Positions 37,580 to 49,142 of a DNA stretch of 64,000 nucleotides are shown in pieces. Under the pieces are notes generated by a model that saw only the letters and a program-made list of their open reading frames with translations, was not told the DNA's origin and searched no databases. How positions within the stretch are numbered: the stretch's first letter is position 1; each line of letters begins with the position of its first letter. Made by a program: the position numbers and the translations under genes. Source of the DNA: Octopus bimaculoides (Eukaryota); assembly GCF_001194135.2 (NCBI RefSeq), contig NC_068985.1, forward strand, positions 120,079,785 to 120,143,784, written 5' to 3'.

Positions 37580-38093
37580 GTTATATTAGCAAAGAATCTA
37601 ATCATCCACCCGTAATTCTTAAGAACCTAGTTAGTGATGTGGTAAGGCGAATATCATCAATGTCTGCAGATGAGACAGCATTTCAAAATGCTACGCCGTA
37701 TTACAATAATGCATTAAGGAAAAGTGAATTCTCGGAGGAGATCCAGTATAGGCAAGTTAATTCTAGCTATAATAGACTACGTAGAACTAGAACTAGGAAA
37801 GTTTTGTGGTTTAACCCTGCATTTAATATTACTATAAAAACTAATATAGGTAGAAAATCCTTAAAATTAGTTTCGAAGCATTTTCCATCTAGCCATAAGT
37901 TCTATAGAATATTTAATAGGAGAACACTGAAGCAATGAAACCAAACCATTTTCAAATGTGTACTTATCAAACTAATTGTATATTTTTGCTTATGACCTTA
38001 TTTTTGTTCCATTATAAACAAATCTTCCGACGAACGGGAACGTGAAACTCTGAGTAACAGTTTTTCTGGTATTTTTGCTGCTTTTCTATAAAG
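37580..38093 (+). mobile_element. Penelope-like fragment: post-RT region joined to terminal repeat
   Basis: SKESNHPPVILKNL...RRISSMS...YYNNAL...RTRKVLWFNPAFNITIKTNIGRKSLKLVSKHFPSSHKFYRIFNRRTLK is a typical PLE C-terminal extension. Confidence 0.88.
38021..38060 (+). ncRNA. Minimal type-I hammerhead-like motif (core CCGACGA)
   Basis: CCGACGA ACG ggaa CGT GAAA CTCTGAG TA ACAG. Helix II is perfect and helix III is palindromic; the 5' strand of helix I is mutated in this copy. Confidence 0.55.
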
Positions 38094-38649
38094 TATGTAT
38101 ATATACAGAGATAGATAGATAGTCTGATAAGTGCCAACGCAGGAAACTCTCCGATCTTGAGTCACTCTGCTACATATTAGTAAAAGCACACACACACACA
38201 TAAATGTATATATGTGTGAAAGTATTTCTTTATAGGAAAATATATGATAACCACAAGTTGAAATTTACGTTGTTTGTTCCCTACATACATTACTCCATTG
38301 TGCATCCTCTGCAGTTGTTATCCTAAGTGTAACTGGATGGTAAACCAAAGTAGTCCATCAGCTGCGGTTGTCTTGTATTGTGGCTACACAGACCAAATAC
38401 TTGACGTTGGAATGATCGTATGACGTTTTTCTACGTATTTCTCTAACACACACACACTTACACACACTCGCACGTGTACACACACACATACACATGCTCA
38501 GAAGTACTAGACACGTATATGACTTTATACATATGATCATATATATATATCCTTAAAATAAAAATGGTGTATATGAATTAGAGGAGAAAAGGAGAAAACA
38601 TAACAAAATAAATAATCAGGTAGAAAATGAAAATATAAAAAGTAGATTT

Positions 38650-39700
38650 AGAGATAAGAGAATACAATTGTAAGGTAGTTTCAGAGTATCAAGTATATTA
38701 CTATACTGGCGTTAGCGAAGCATTTACCAAATGTAGAATAGCCAGTCACGAACACTCATTTAGGGGTAGTAATAGGAGGAATAATACAAGCTTAAGCAAT
38801 TTAATTTGGCCCATATTAGATAATAATAAAGTTATGCCATTACCTGGGATATAATTAGTAGAGATAAACCATGCAGTAGAAGAAGCAAACGGTTTGAATT
38901 GTGTGTAGAAGAAATTTGCGAAATTCTTACATCAAAATACAAATTGATAAACCATAGACGCAAGAGCGCACTCAAATGTGTTCATCAAGAGAAGTATACG
39001 TTTAACCGATTCAAATAATCGCATGATAGGTAATACTAAAATTAGAATCGAAATCAAGTTAACCTAAGTGAAGAAGTAAATTCAATATAAACTTCAACAT
39101 AAATTAAACTTAATTTTAAAGAGTGTAAAGAAGAATAAACGAATAAAATTAACTATCACCCTAAATAAAATTAAGTCTATTATAAAATTAAATAATAACA
39201 AATTAAATAACTATCGCCCTAAATAAAATAAAATCCATTATAAAATTAACAAATTAAATAATAGACCAATAGCTTATTATTAACAATGATAATAATGATA
39301 ACAATAATAATATCAACATACTTACAGTAACCTGATACACCAAATAAAATAGGAATACTACTTTACACTGATGGAATGGTAAAGGACCGCGAACTTAATA
39401 CATTAGATGACTATTGACCCAATTTCGGACAGCAGGTAACTTGTTTTCCTCACCAGCCGGGTTGAAAGGTCACAATTTTTGGTTATTTTAAGGAACACTA
39501 ACACCACGTGTACGTACAATTTTGGTTGGTTTACTACTCTGTTCAGGTGGTATCTGTTAATGCAGTTAAATTGTACCCTGACGAAGCGGCATCAGTAATT
39601 AAAACAAAATGCACATCAAGATGTAAAATTTGCAGTGTGCACTGACTTTGCAGCGGAAATATATGTAGGTACTGACATGGAAAGATGTGATTAACTGTAT
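38650..39700 (+). mobile_element. Penelope-like GIY-YIG endonuclease end plus AT-rich 3' region
   Basis: YYYTGVSEAFTKCRIASHEHSF...TSLSNLIWPILDNNK/YAITWDII...LCVEEICEILTSKYKLINHRRKSALKCVHQEKY (one frameshift in the central part). Confidence 0.78.
39573..39672 (+). ncRNA. Type-I hammerhead-like motif with extended helix II
   Basis: GTACC CTGACGA A [GCGGCATCAGT ...44 nt... ACTGACTTTGCAGC] G GAAA TATATG TA GGTAC. Helix I (GTACC/GGTAC) is perfect. Confidence 0.62.
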
Positions 39701-39742
39701 AATAAAACCTGGATATGTAAATCTATGTACTCCTAATGTATT

Positions 39743-39788
<46 letters not shown>

Positions 39789-40699
39789 NNNNNNNNNNNN
39801 NNNNNNNNNNNNNNNNNNNNNNNNNNNNNNNNNNNNNNNNNNNNNNNNNNNNNNNNNNNNNNNNNNNNNNNNNNNNNNNNNNNNNNNNNNNNNNNNNNNN
39901 NNNNNNNNNNNNNNNNNNNNNNNNNNNNNNNNNNNNNNNNNNNNNNNNNNNNNNNNNNNTATATATATATATATACATACACATACATACACATACATAC
40001 ATACATACATGCATACATAACATACATGCGTACGTACACACGCACATACGTACATACATACGTGTGTGTGTATGGTATACGTAAATCATGTGTATACTAA
40101 AACGTCAATATATTTGTTTCATAGTTGAAATGACGATATAAACGTCCTGCTAACTTTTATGACAGTGTAAGCTTAACGAACTTCAAAGGAGAACATTGAA
40201 TAAGAATACACAATAAAACTCTCACTTAGAAAACGACATCCATCTAACTGACGTCCCAGTAGCATTTGTTCTCTTATCTGGAAACCCCAATTCTCTCCTG
40301 CGTTATCTCCTCCATCTTAATTCAGAATAATTCTCATTCACAAGCGCTGGTGCCACAGGCACTCACTAACTTCAAGACAGTGAACTTTGTCAAATTTTTA
40401 ATCCAGAAATTTTACGCCCAAAAGTTATGCATTTCTTAATTAAGTTATTGATATCAAGAAGCGAATAATCATCTTCTGATAAGGAAATACACGTAAGATG
40501 CTGTAACTAAATAGCTTATAAACAATGTATTATCCTTTTTTTTTCCCCATATACATTGTGAAACACTAAGACACCGATTTGATAAGAAAGGATTCAATTA
40601 CAATACTCGAACGGAAATACACGTTGAATTTTTAGTACTAGATATTTGTCACGCAATTTGAAGTTTAAGCTGTACTGTACAAGTTTACATTGCGACAAT

Positions 40700-42600
40700 A
40701 TAAACATTCACTTAACCAAAATAGGCTTGGCCTGGAGAGTAGCCTGCGGTATACTCCTCGCTTGGATTTTTACCACTTCTGATGTTCCGCTCGCTATGAA
40801 ACATACATGTAGCCTGGATCTTATATACTCCGTTCCGCAACTCTTGTAGTCTTATTCTCACACCCGGCAAATTTTTCTTGATAGTAAAGATACAACCAGC
40901 TGTGCCCATGGAGGAACGAAAACCACACTGAAACTCAGACACTATATTTGGAACTATGAAGGTGTTCAAATGTTCCAACAGAATGCGGGCAAGTACGTTT
41001 CCAACCACAGACAAAAGCGAAATCCCACGAAAATTACCACAGAGCCTTTGGCCCCGATTTATACAAGGAACTAAAATGGCATCTGTAAGCTTCGTTGAGT
41101 TGGGGTTCAAAGACTGAGAAAGAAGAGTACCGTCTAAGTTTTGTTTTTCTAGATCATGAATTTCTGCTGGTCTATATGAGAACCAGTAACTGAACTTACG
41201 TGATTTAAATCCCACAGACAAACTTGCAACCTGAAATACGTTTGTATTGAAATCTTCCCATAGATTGTTTGGGTCAAGATTGATACTTTCTATAGCATCT
41301 TGGAATCTTTGTAAGTTGCTTGATAATTTAAAGTTTGCAATATTTAATGTTTTTGGTACCTTAGAACCAGACTGTCGATTCTTTAGTCATTATCGAAAAT
41401 TTTATTTTTCCACGCACTAGACGATGGTTAGTCCAGCTCTCTGCTCCTCTCATGGCCCGAACGCTAGAAACGTCTTATCATGTTTTCTGATCAGAATATA
41501 ATCTATGAGATGCCAGTGCTTAGATCTTGGGTGCATCCAAGTGGTTTTATATTTATTTTACTGCTTAAACAGAGTGTTGGTGACAACCAGATTATTCTCA
41601 GTACAAAACGTCAAAAGAGCTACTCAATTTTTATTACATTTTCCAATCTCATGGCGAACTAAACAGGCCATGGAACGTAGTCCTTTCCAACTCTTGTATT
41701 GAAATCTCCCAATATGACTAGCTTGTCAGAAATTGGTACTTACCTCAATAATTGTGCTAGATCGTCATAAAACTGTCCCACAGTTTCATCAGAATGCGAC
41801 ATTGTTGGTGCATAAATAATGACAACGGTAAGAAACCTGCCTTTTGTGAGTTTAATATGGCTTGACATGGTACGTTCAGATATACCACTTGGAAGTTCTA
41901 CAATGGAGGATATTAATGTATTCTTGAGAGCAAATCCAACACCAGATTCGCTACGTTGACCCTCACCAAAGAGACGAGTTTCAGAGAGCACAACTATATC
42001 AAGAGAATATTTCTTAAGCTCACAAACAATAAGTGCAGTACACCTCTCTAACCTCTTGTTGAAATTATCATCAAGAGGTTTACGCACATTCCAACAGCCA
42101 AAATTCAAAGGATGTTTATTTTTAATTTTTCTTGAAAATTGTTTGACCACAGTGGCAGGATGACGACTGGGCCCAGCCTGTGATACACTGGGGCACCTGC
42201 TGAGCCAGATCTGTTCCTCTGACGTTCCCAAGCCTTTTTTTTTGCCATTTACTGAATCAGTTTGAGACAGTTTAGAGTAAGTTAGAAGTGCATTTTTAGG
42301 TTTCTGCCAAAAAGCAAATTCAATGATTTTACTAAAATTTGGTGTACAGGAAGTACCAGTGCAGATCAATAATTTTCAGTGGGTGTAGCTTGCACTGCAC
42401 TACTGCCACCTATTGGTCTAATACACTTTCGCCGGTGTGACATGAAAACTGACAAAGCCAGGAACTCCCAAGGCCTCAAGTTTTATTTTGGAGATTTCCT
42501 TCTCGAAGGTAGATTACGAGCCTAGGTTAAAGAGCTTCTCCCTGCACATAATGTAAGCTATCCCATGTCAGACACCAAACCGACACTCAAACGCTCTATA
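40700..42600 (-). mobile_element. RTE-clade LINE with large internal deletions
   Basis: APE endonuclease: FGCWNVRK...ELKKYSLDIVVLSETRL...SGVGFAL...IYAPTMSHSDE...FYDDL. RT: CGNFRGISLLSVVGNVLARIL...SEFQCGFRSSMGT..CIFTIK. Confidence 0.9.
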
Positions 42601-42869
42601 AAGGATCAAATATCACACCTGTGACCGACGCGGAGTAGCTCGTTCATACATAAAAAAAACGAAATGCACATGTGATTTGCAAATGTAAATAAAATTTAAA
42701 TATAAATAATATATATATATAAGTAAAAGATATGCAATTAAAAAATATGAATAAAGTAAGATTTAAATATAAATAATATGTATATAAAAGTAAAAATATA
42801 CATATATATACTTACAAAAAATGGTACGATGTGTGAATAAGAATTAAATATAAATAATTTTGTTTTTCC

Positions 42870-42914
<45 letters not shown>

Positions 42915-43033
42915 NNNNNNNNNNNNNNNNNNNNNNNNNNNNNNNNNNNNNNNNNNNNNNNNNNNNNNNNNNNNNNNNNNNNNNNNNNNNNNNNNNNNNN
43001 NNNNNNNNNNNNNNNNNNNNNNNNNNNNNNNNN

Positions 43034-43075
<42 letters not shown>

Positions 43076-43160
43076 TGTATGTGTGTGTGTGTGTAGATTT
43101 CTACTAATATATATATAGTATTTACATTTAAATCTTACTTTATATTTTTCACTACACACA

Positions 43161-43213
<53 letters not shown>

Positions 43214-43314
43214 TATGTATCAAAGTATATGTAATTCATTGAATTGATTGTATATTCTATAGACATATATATTTTATATATATTCATTCATATTTATTTA
43301 CACACATACACATT

Positions 43315-43346
<32 letters not shown>

Positions 43347-44039
43347 CACACAGACACACAAAACACAAACACCCACACAAACACGCGCGCGCAAGCACAT
43401 CATTGAGTCAGTATGTTTTTATTCCATGAACACACGTCGTCAATGACAATATTTTCAGTTTATATTACGAGAATCAAAGGCACTGACATATTAATGATTT
43501 CATACTACCCTCCCTACGCTCAGAGCATAACACTCCTAATAACGTTTATAACAACTTTTATTTTTTACGGCGATATTCTTTCATGTTGACGACACATCAG
43601 AAAAGGGCGTAATTTCGTCTCACGTGACATACTCGATGGATGTTTTGAAGCTTGAATAAACGTGTTTCCCCAATGTTGTGAAATTACTCCTAAGTGGTCA
43701 AAAGAACAAGCATATGTATGCATGTATGTATGTATGTATGTATGTATGTATGCATGCATATATATATGTATGCTCGTATGTACAAATATAAATATATGTG
43801 TGTATGTGCGTGTGCGCGCGTACGTGTCTCTATGTGTGAATAAATAGCCTTGTATGCACTTACATATGCACATTCATTATACTCTGTACAGGCGTTCGCG
43901 CGCGCACGTGTATGTGAATATATATAAATATGTATGCACGTACAAGTGAATGATGTATTTATATATAAACATGCTTTTTAAAGAATCACAAGTGCGATAA
44001 AGATCGGCATGCGACTGCGCAGTTTTCAATATATGTATG

Positions 44040-44200
44040 CTCATATTTTTTCTCCTTGTTTTTCTTCTTATTCTTTCTGTTGAAGAGCGTAACTCGAAAC
44101 GTTAAAGACTTTCTCTATTTCCGAGTGTTAGACTAACATATCCTTTTGTTGTTTACACCACCTGTCCTCGTTTGTTGTTTTTTTCGTAAGTTCTCCCATC
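44040..44200 (+). mobile_element. Isolated PLE-type terminal repeat related to the ends of the 18-21 kb element
   Basis: Reverse complement aligns with 18020-18110 (AACAACAA...TTAGT.TAAC.CTC.GAAATAG..AAAGT.TTT.ACGTTTCGAG). Confidence 0.7.
44072..44108 (+). ncRNA. Minimal type-I hammerhead-like motif (core CUGUUGA), all helices intact
   Basis: TCTTT CTGTTGA A GAG cgtaa CTC GAAA CG TT AAAGA. Confidence 0.62.
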
Positions 44201-45594
44201 TATATATATATATATATATATACANNNNNNNNNNNNNNNNNNNNNNNNNNNNNNNNNNNNNNNNNNNNNNNNNNNNNNNNNNNNNNNNNNNNNNNNNNNN
44301 NNNNNNNNNNNNNNNNNNNNNNNNNNNNNNNNNNNNNNNNNNNNNNNNNNNNNNNNNNNNNNNNNNNNNNNNNNNNNNNNNNNNNNNNNNNNNNNNNNNN
44401 NNNNNNNNNNNNNNNNNNNNNNNNNNNNNNNNNNNNNNNNNNNNNNNNNNNNNNNNNNNNNNNNNNNNNNNNNNNNNNNNNNNNNNNNNNNNNNNNNNNN
44501 NNNNNNNNNNNNNNNNNNNNNNNNNNNNNNNNNNNNNNAGTACAATAAAACATTCGGACAGATAGACAATCCAAGGCAGACAAGAGAAACAGCAATTAGA
44601 AGGACAGTCAAAAAATAGACGGGCCATTCGTAGTCTTCTTTCCTCAGTCAAGTCCCAGAAATCACGACCGTTTCGGGCAGTTACACTTGAGACGGTTCGA
44701 TCTGGTTGCCCCCCACCAAACATTCTAAGCTAAGAGCAATGGACCTCTTTGTAAGAAAGCTAGCGAATGTGTGTGGCGGCAAAGACAAAAACGGAGAACA
44801 TGGTACACAAAAGGACGTAAATTGGAGAACATGGTAAACATTTACGAATACAAACACCAAGAAAATAACAACAAGCGTCTTTCGACTGAAACCAAATTAA
44901 ATTGAGCCAGCGTGTATGAAGTGAAAGCAGGAACACAGGAGATGGACACAAGAGGTATTGACGGTCGGCAGTGAGGCCAAGAAAAAAAGATCATGGCTGC
45001 CGGACATCGATCACGTGGAAGGAGGAGAGATGTGTAGGGGACTGCTGGATTGGAGGATTACAGAAAATCAGAGACAAAGAGAAAGGTACATGGGAGATAA
45101 ACGAGTGGGGAATAGTGGGAGCTAAAGAAAGAGAGGGCCAAGAAATGTGAGACAGAGGGGGAGCGAGAAAAAGAAAAAGGGAAGAAAGTAAGGGAGAATA
45201 TAAGATAGAGTAAAAGTCGAACAAAAATTTAAATACATACCTACTATAAGGTGAGCACAAGTGTGTACGTACGCCGCGATATGTATATATAAATATAAAC
45301 CTGGAACAAAAACGCAATAGAGTACACTAAACCATATATATTCATGAGAGTTAGAGGTCAGGAAGTCAACCAACTAAAGGTTAGTACCTATACAATATAC
45401 TGCTGGTCTTGTGCCCAATTATTAATACCCATGTGCCGGTTATTGCGTGGCAATTTCGCAGTCGAACGTCATATATGGGTGGGGGTAAAAAAATGGTATA
45501 CTTTTAATTTATATGGCAAAACGAAAATGAAGGGGATGCAAAAATGACATACATCAACCGGTAGACATTCTATGATGTGCATTTATTCCAAAAC

Positions 45595-46232
45595 AAAAGG
45601 AGTATTATAAGAATATATACACATGCAAAGACTGTGTGCTACACAAATATATACTAGTAATGCATAAAAGTGTAAAAGATTAAAAGATCAAAAGATTATT
45701 TCCTTATGGCTGTTTCTGCCAAGTGGCCACGATATCCTCCATACTAGCTCCATCTTTTCAGTGTTCTGTAGGGATGGGTAGATAGAGTTTGGATGTTGAG
45801 TGTACCTCTAGGCTTCTTCAGAGGGTCTAAATGTTTAGGAGAGCCGATACGTACAAGAGTGAGTTACTAATAGGTACAGTATATATTTCTTATTGAAAAG
45901 GGCAGAAGGAGAATAGGAGCAAGAGTCTGAGAGGAGTAAAATTTAGTAAAACGGATGAGCTATAGGAAAGAGAAATAAGTCATACTCTTCAAGTATTGCC
46001 TTCCAAATTTCATGTTATTTTGTCCAGTCATGGGTATGTAGGTATATTCGTTCTAAAGATGCATGTTTTAGGAAGGGTAAATTTAGGCAGTGGTTCTTAT
46101 TTTCAGAACACTGAAGATATGGCGCTAGTAAGGACGATGTTGTGGCCTCTTGGCAGAAACACTTTTATGTATTACTAGTATACATTTGTGTAGCACACAG
46201 TCTTTGCATATATTCTTATAATACTCCCTTTT
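45595..46232. repeat. Foldback element with long imperfect inverted arms
   Basis: 45595-45768 is the reverse complement of 46104-46232 apart from a roughly 40-nt insertion. Shared blocks include GCAAAGACTGTGTGCTACACAAAT and TGTTTCTGCCAAG.GGCCAC. Confidence 0.88.
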
Positions 46233-46516
46233 CACGAATTGTCATATAAAAAATTGCAGCGTGGAAGGTGTTTTATAAGACATTTAGAGTAACACACAAA
46301 AACCGTTAGATTCAGGTAAACTATCTATGTGTTAAATATGAATAAGAAACTTAAGGAACAATAAAAACAAATGGAGGGTCGAGGCAAGTAATCGCTTAAA
46401 TGCTGCTAACAGAGATGACTAGAATTTTTAATTCTTCCTCCAGGAGATCAGTGTACAATATTCATGTCCAATAGACTTAACTAAATGGCCAATCTAAATA
46501 TGTATCAGTATATATT

Positions 46517-46682
46517 TAGGTACAGGAGTGGCTGTGTGGTAAGCTTGCTTACCAACTACATGGTTCCCGGTTCAGTCCCACTGAATGGTACTGTGGGTAA
46601 GTGTCTTCTACTATAGCCTCGGGCCGACCAAAGCCTTGTGAATGGATTTGATAAACAGAAACTGAAAGAAGCCAGTCGTATA
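46517..46682 (+). mobile_element. SINE family A head
   Basis: TAGGTACAGGAGTGGCTGTGTGGTAAG...GGTTCAGTCCCAC...GAAAGAAGCCAGTCG followed by (TA)n. Confidence 0.92.
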
Positions 46683-47101
46683 TATATATATATATATATN
46701 NNNNNNNNNNNNNNNNNNNNNNNNNNNNNNNNNNNNNNNNNNNNNNNNNNNNNNNNNNNNNNNNNNNNNNNNNNNNNNNNNNNNNNNNNNNNNNNNNNNN
46801 NNNNNNNNNNNNNNNNNNNNNNNNNNNNNNNNNNNNNNNNNNNNNNNNNNNNNNNNNNNNNNNNNNNNNNNNNNNNNNNNNNNNNNNNNNNNNNNNNNNN
46901 NNNNNNNNNNNNNNNNNNNNNNNNNNNNNNNNNNNNNNNNNNNNNNNNNNNNNNNNNNNNNNNNNNNNNNNNNNNNNNNNNNNNNNNNNNNNNNNNNNNN
47001 NNNNNNNNNNNNNNNNNNNNNNNNNNNNNNNNNNNNNNNNNNNNNNNNNNNNNNNNNNNNNNNNNNNNNNNNNNNNNNNNNNNNNNNNNNNNNNNNNNNN
47101 N

Positions 47102-47192
47102 ACTGTGGGTAAGTGTCTTCTACTATAGCCTCGGGCCGACCAAAGCCTTGTGAATGGATTTGATAAACAGAAACTGAAAGAAGCCCGTCGTA
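47102..47192 (+). repeat. Near-identical repeat of 46590-46682 across the gap; likely assembly redundancy
   Basis: Same private variants (ACTGTGGGTAAG, GAATGGATTTGATAAACAG) with one substitution. Confidence 0.85.
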
Positions 47193-47202
47193 TATATGTA
47201 TA

Positions 47203-48168
47203 TATTGGGTTGGCAACTAAGTTCCCACCGTTTTTTTTAATTTTGGAATTCATTGCGTTTTTAAATTTTGGAAACTATTTTTTTCGAGAATTCTATTTTA
47301 AAATCATTTTGGAATCTATTTTGTTTATTTTTCTAGTTAATTTTAGTTAACTTTTGTTTATTTTCAGATCATTAAAATGGAATGTCAAGTTAAGAAAAAC
47401 GAGTATTTTCAACAACTCCTAATTTTTACTTTTAATCAAGATTCTAAGGCTGCAAAAGCTGCTCGCGACATTTTTGGTATGTATGGAGAGGGTGCCATAG
47501 CTGAAAGAACCGCTCGTGTTTGGTATGCCAAGTTCAAAAATGGAAATTTTGACATCAAAGACGCACCTTGCTTTGGCCGTCCAGTTGAGATCGATGAAAA
47601 GCGATTAAACCAGTTCTTGCACGAACATGCTCAAGGGAATTGACAGAAAAAATGGAATGCCCTCACACTGCTATAGAGAAGCATTATCACTTGATGGGAA
47701 AGGTTCAGATGTATAGAGCATGGGTTCCGCATGCTTTAAGTGACAACAACAAAAATCAACGAGCCACAATCTTCGCTGGCTTGCTTGCTCGTCACCGCTC
47801 AACTCATGGACACAAACGACGACTTCTTTACCGAATCGTTGCTGGCGACAAAAAATGGTGCCTGTACATCAATATGAAGCAGCGTTAGGAAAGGCTTAGC
47901 CCCGGTAATCAAGCGACACCACGCGTGAAACAGGATCTTCATCCGTGTAAAACAATGTTGTGCGTATGGTGGGACCGGGAAGGGATTATCCATTAGGAAT
48001 TGCTTGAATGGAATCAAGCGGTTAACGCGGAACTCTATGCTCAACAGATGGAACGACTCAACACGGCTATTCAAGAGAAAAGACCTAATCGGCAGCATGG
48101 AGTTCTTGTGCTGCACGACAACGCCCGTCATTGTATCGACAATATGACAAAAGAAGCCAATCAAACGC
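47203..48168 (+). mobile_element. Mariner transposon, pseudogenised; 3' end lost in a gap
   Basis: TA|TTGGGTTGGCAACTAAG TIR. Transposase from ATG 47377: ERTARVWYAKFKNGNFDIKD...GRP, WVPHAL, IVAGDKKW, MLCVWWD, VLHDNAR. Confidence 0.92.
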
Positions 48169-48781
48169 NNNNNNNNNNNNNNNNNNNNNNNNNNNNNNNN
48201 NNNNNNNNNNNNNNNNNNNNNNNNNNNNNNNNNNNNNNNNNNNNNNNNNNNNNNNNNNNNNNNNNNNNNNNNNNNNNNNNNNNNNNNNNNNNNNNNNNNN
48301 NNNNNNNNNNNNNNNNNNNNNNNNNNNNNNNNNNNNNNNNNNNNNNNNNNNNNNNNNNNNNNNNNNNNNNNNNNNNNNNNNNNNNNNNNNNNNNNNNNNN
48401 NNNNNNNNNNNNNNNNNNNNNNNNNNNNNNNNNNNNNNNNNNNNNNNNNNNNNNNNNNNNNNNNNNNNNNNNNNNNNNNNNNNNNNNNNNNNNNNNNNNN
48501 NNNNNNNNNNNNNNNNNNNNNNNNNNNNNNNNNNNNNNNNNNNNNNNNNNNNNNNNNNNNNNNNNNNNNNNNNNNNNNNNNNNNNNNNNNNNNNNNNNNN
48601 NNNNNNNNNNNNNNNNNNNNNNNNNNNNNNNNNNNNNNNNNNNNNNNNNNNNNNNNNNNNNNNNNNNNNNNNNNNNNNNNNNNNNNNNNNNNNNNNNNNN
48701 NNNNNNNNNNNNNNNNNNNNNNNNNNNNNNNNNNNNNNNNNNNNNNNNNNNNNNNNNNNNNNNNNNNNNNNNNNNNNNNNN

Positions 48782-48838
<57 letters not shown>

Positions 48839-48930
48839 ATATATATATATAGATATAGATATATGTATGCGTGTGTACATGTATGAGCGTGTGTGTATGT
48901 ATATTTGATATGTAAATTTTGTTGACCGCA

Positions 48931-49142
48931 CATACTCAATATATGTGTTTTGTTTGTTCGACGGGTCGCCGCGTAGTAGCGCTTGGGAACGACTCCCTCA
49001 TAACTCTGCGAGATAGAACACGTGAAAGGGCTACGAGAGAGTCTTCCCCCATGGTTTAACACCAAGTGTCATGAGGCAGTCCTCTGCCAAACGTCATCCA
49101 GCAGCGAACCGATGAACAAACAGAACACACGCGTTGAGTATG
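48931..49142. repeat. 212-bp element with 42-bp imperfect terminal inverted repeats
   Basis: 48931-48972 vs 49101-49142 match at about 33/42 by eye; the interior is GC-rich. Confidence 0.75.

Noticed and set aside
42370-42640. HDV-like ribozyme expected in an RTE 5' UTR
   Set aside because: I could not trace a nested double pseudoknot by eye; a descriptor search is needed.
44610-44655. Minus-strand CTGAGGA...GAAT GGCCCGTC hammerhead-like string
   Set aside because: GAAA is broken, helix II is weak and helix I does not pair.
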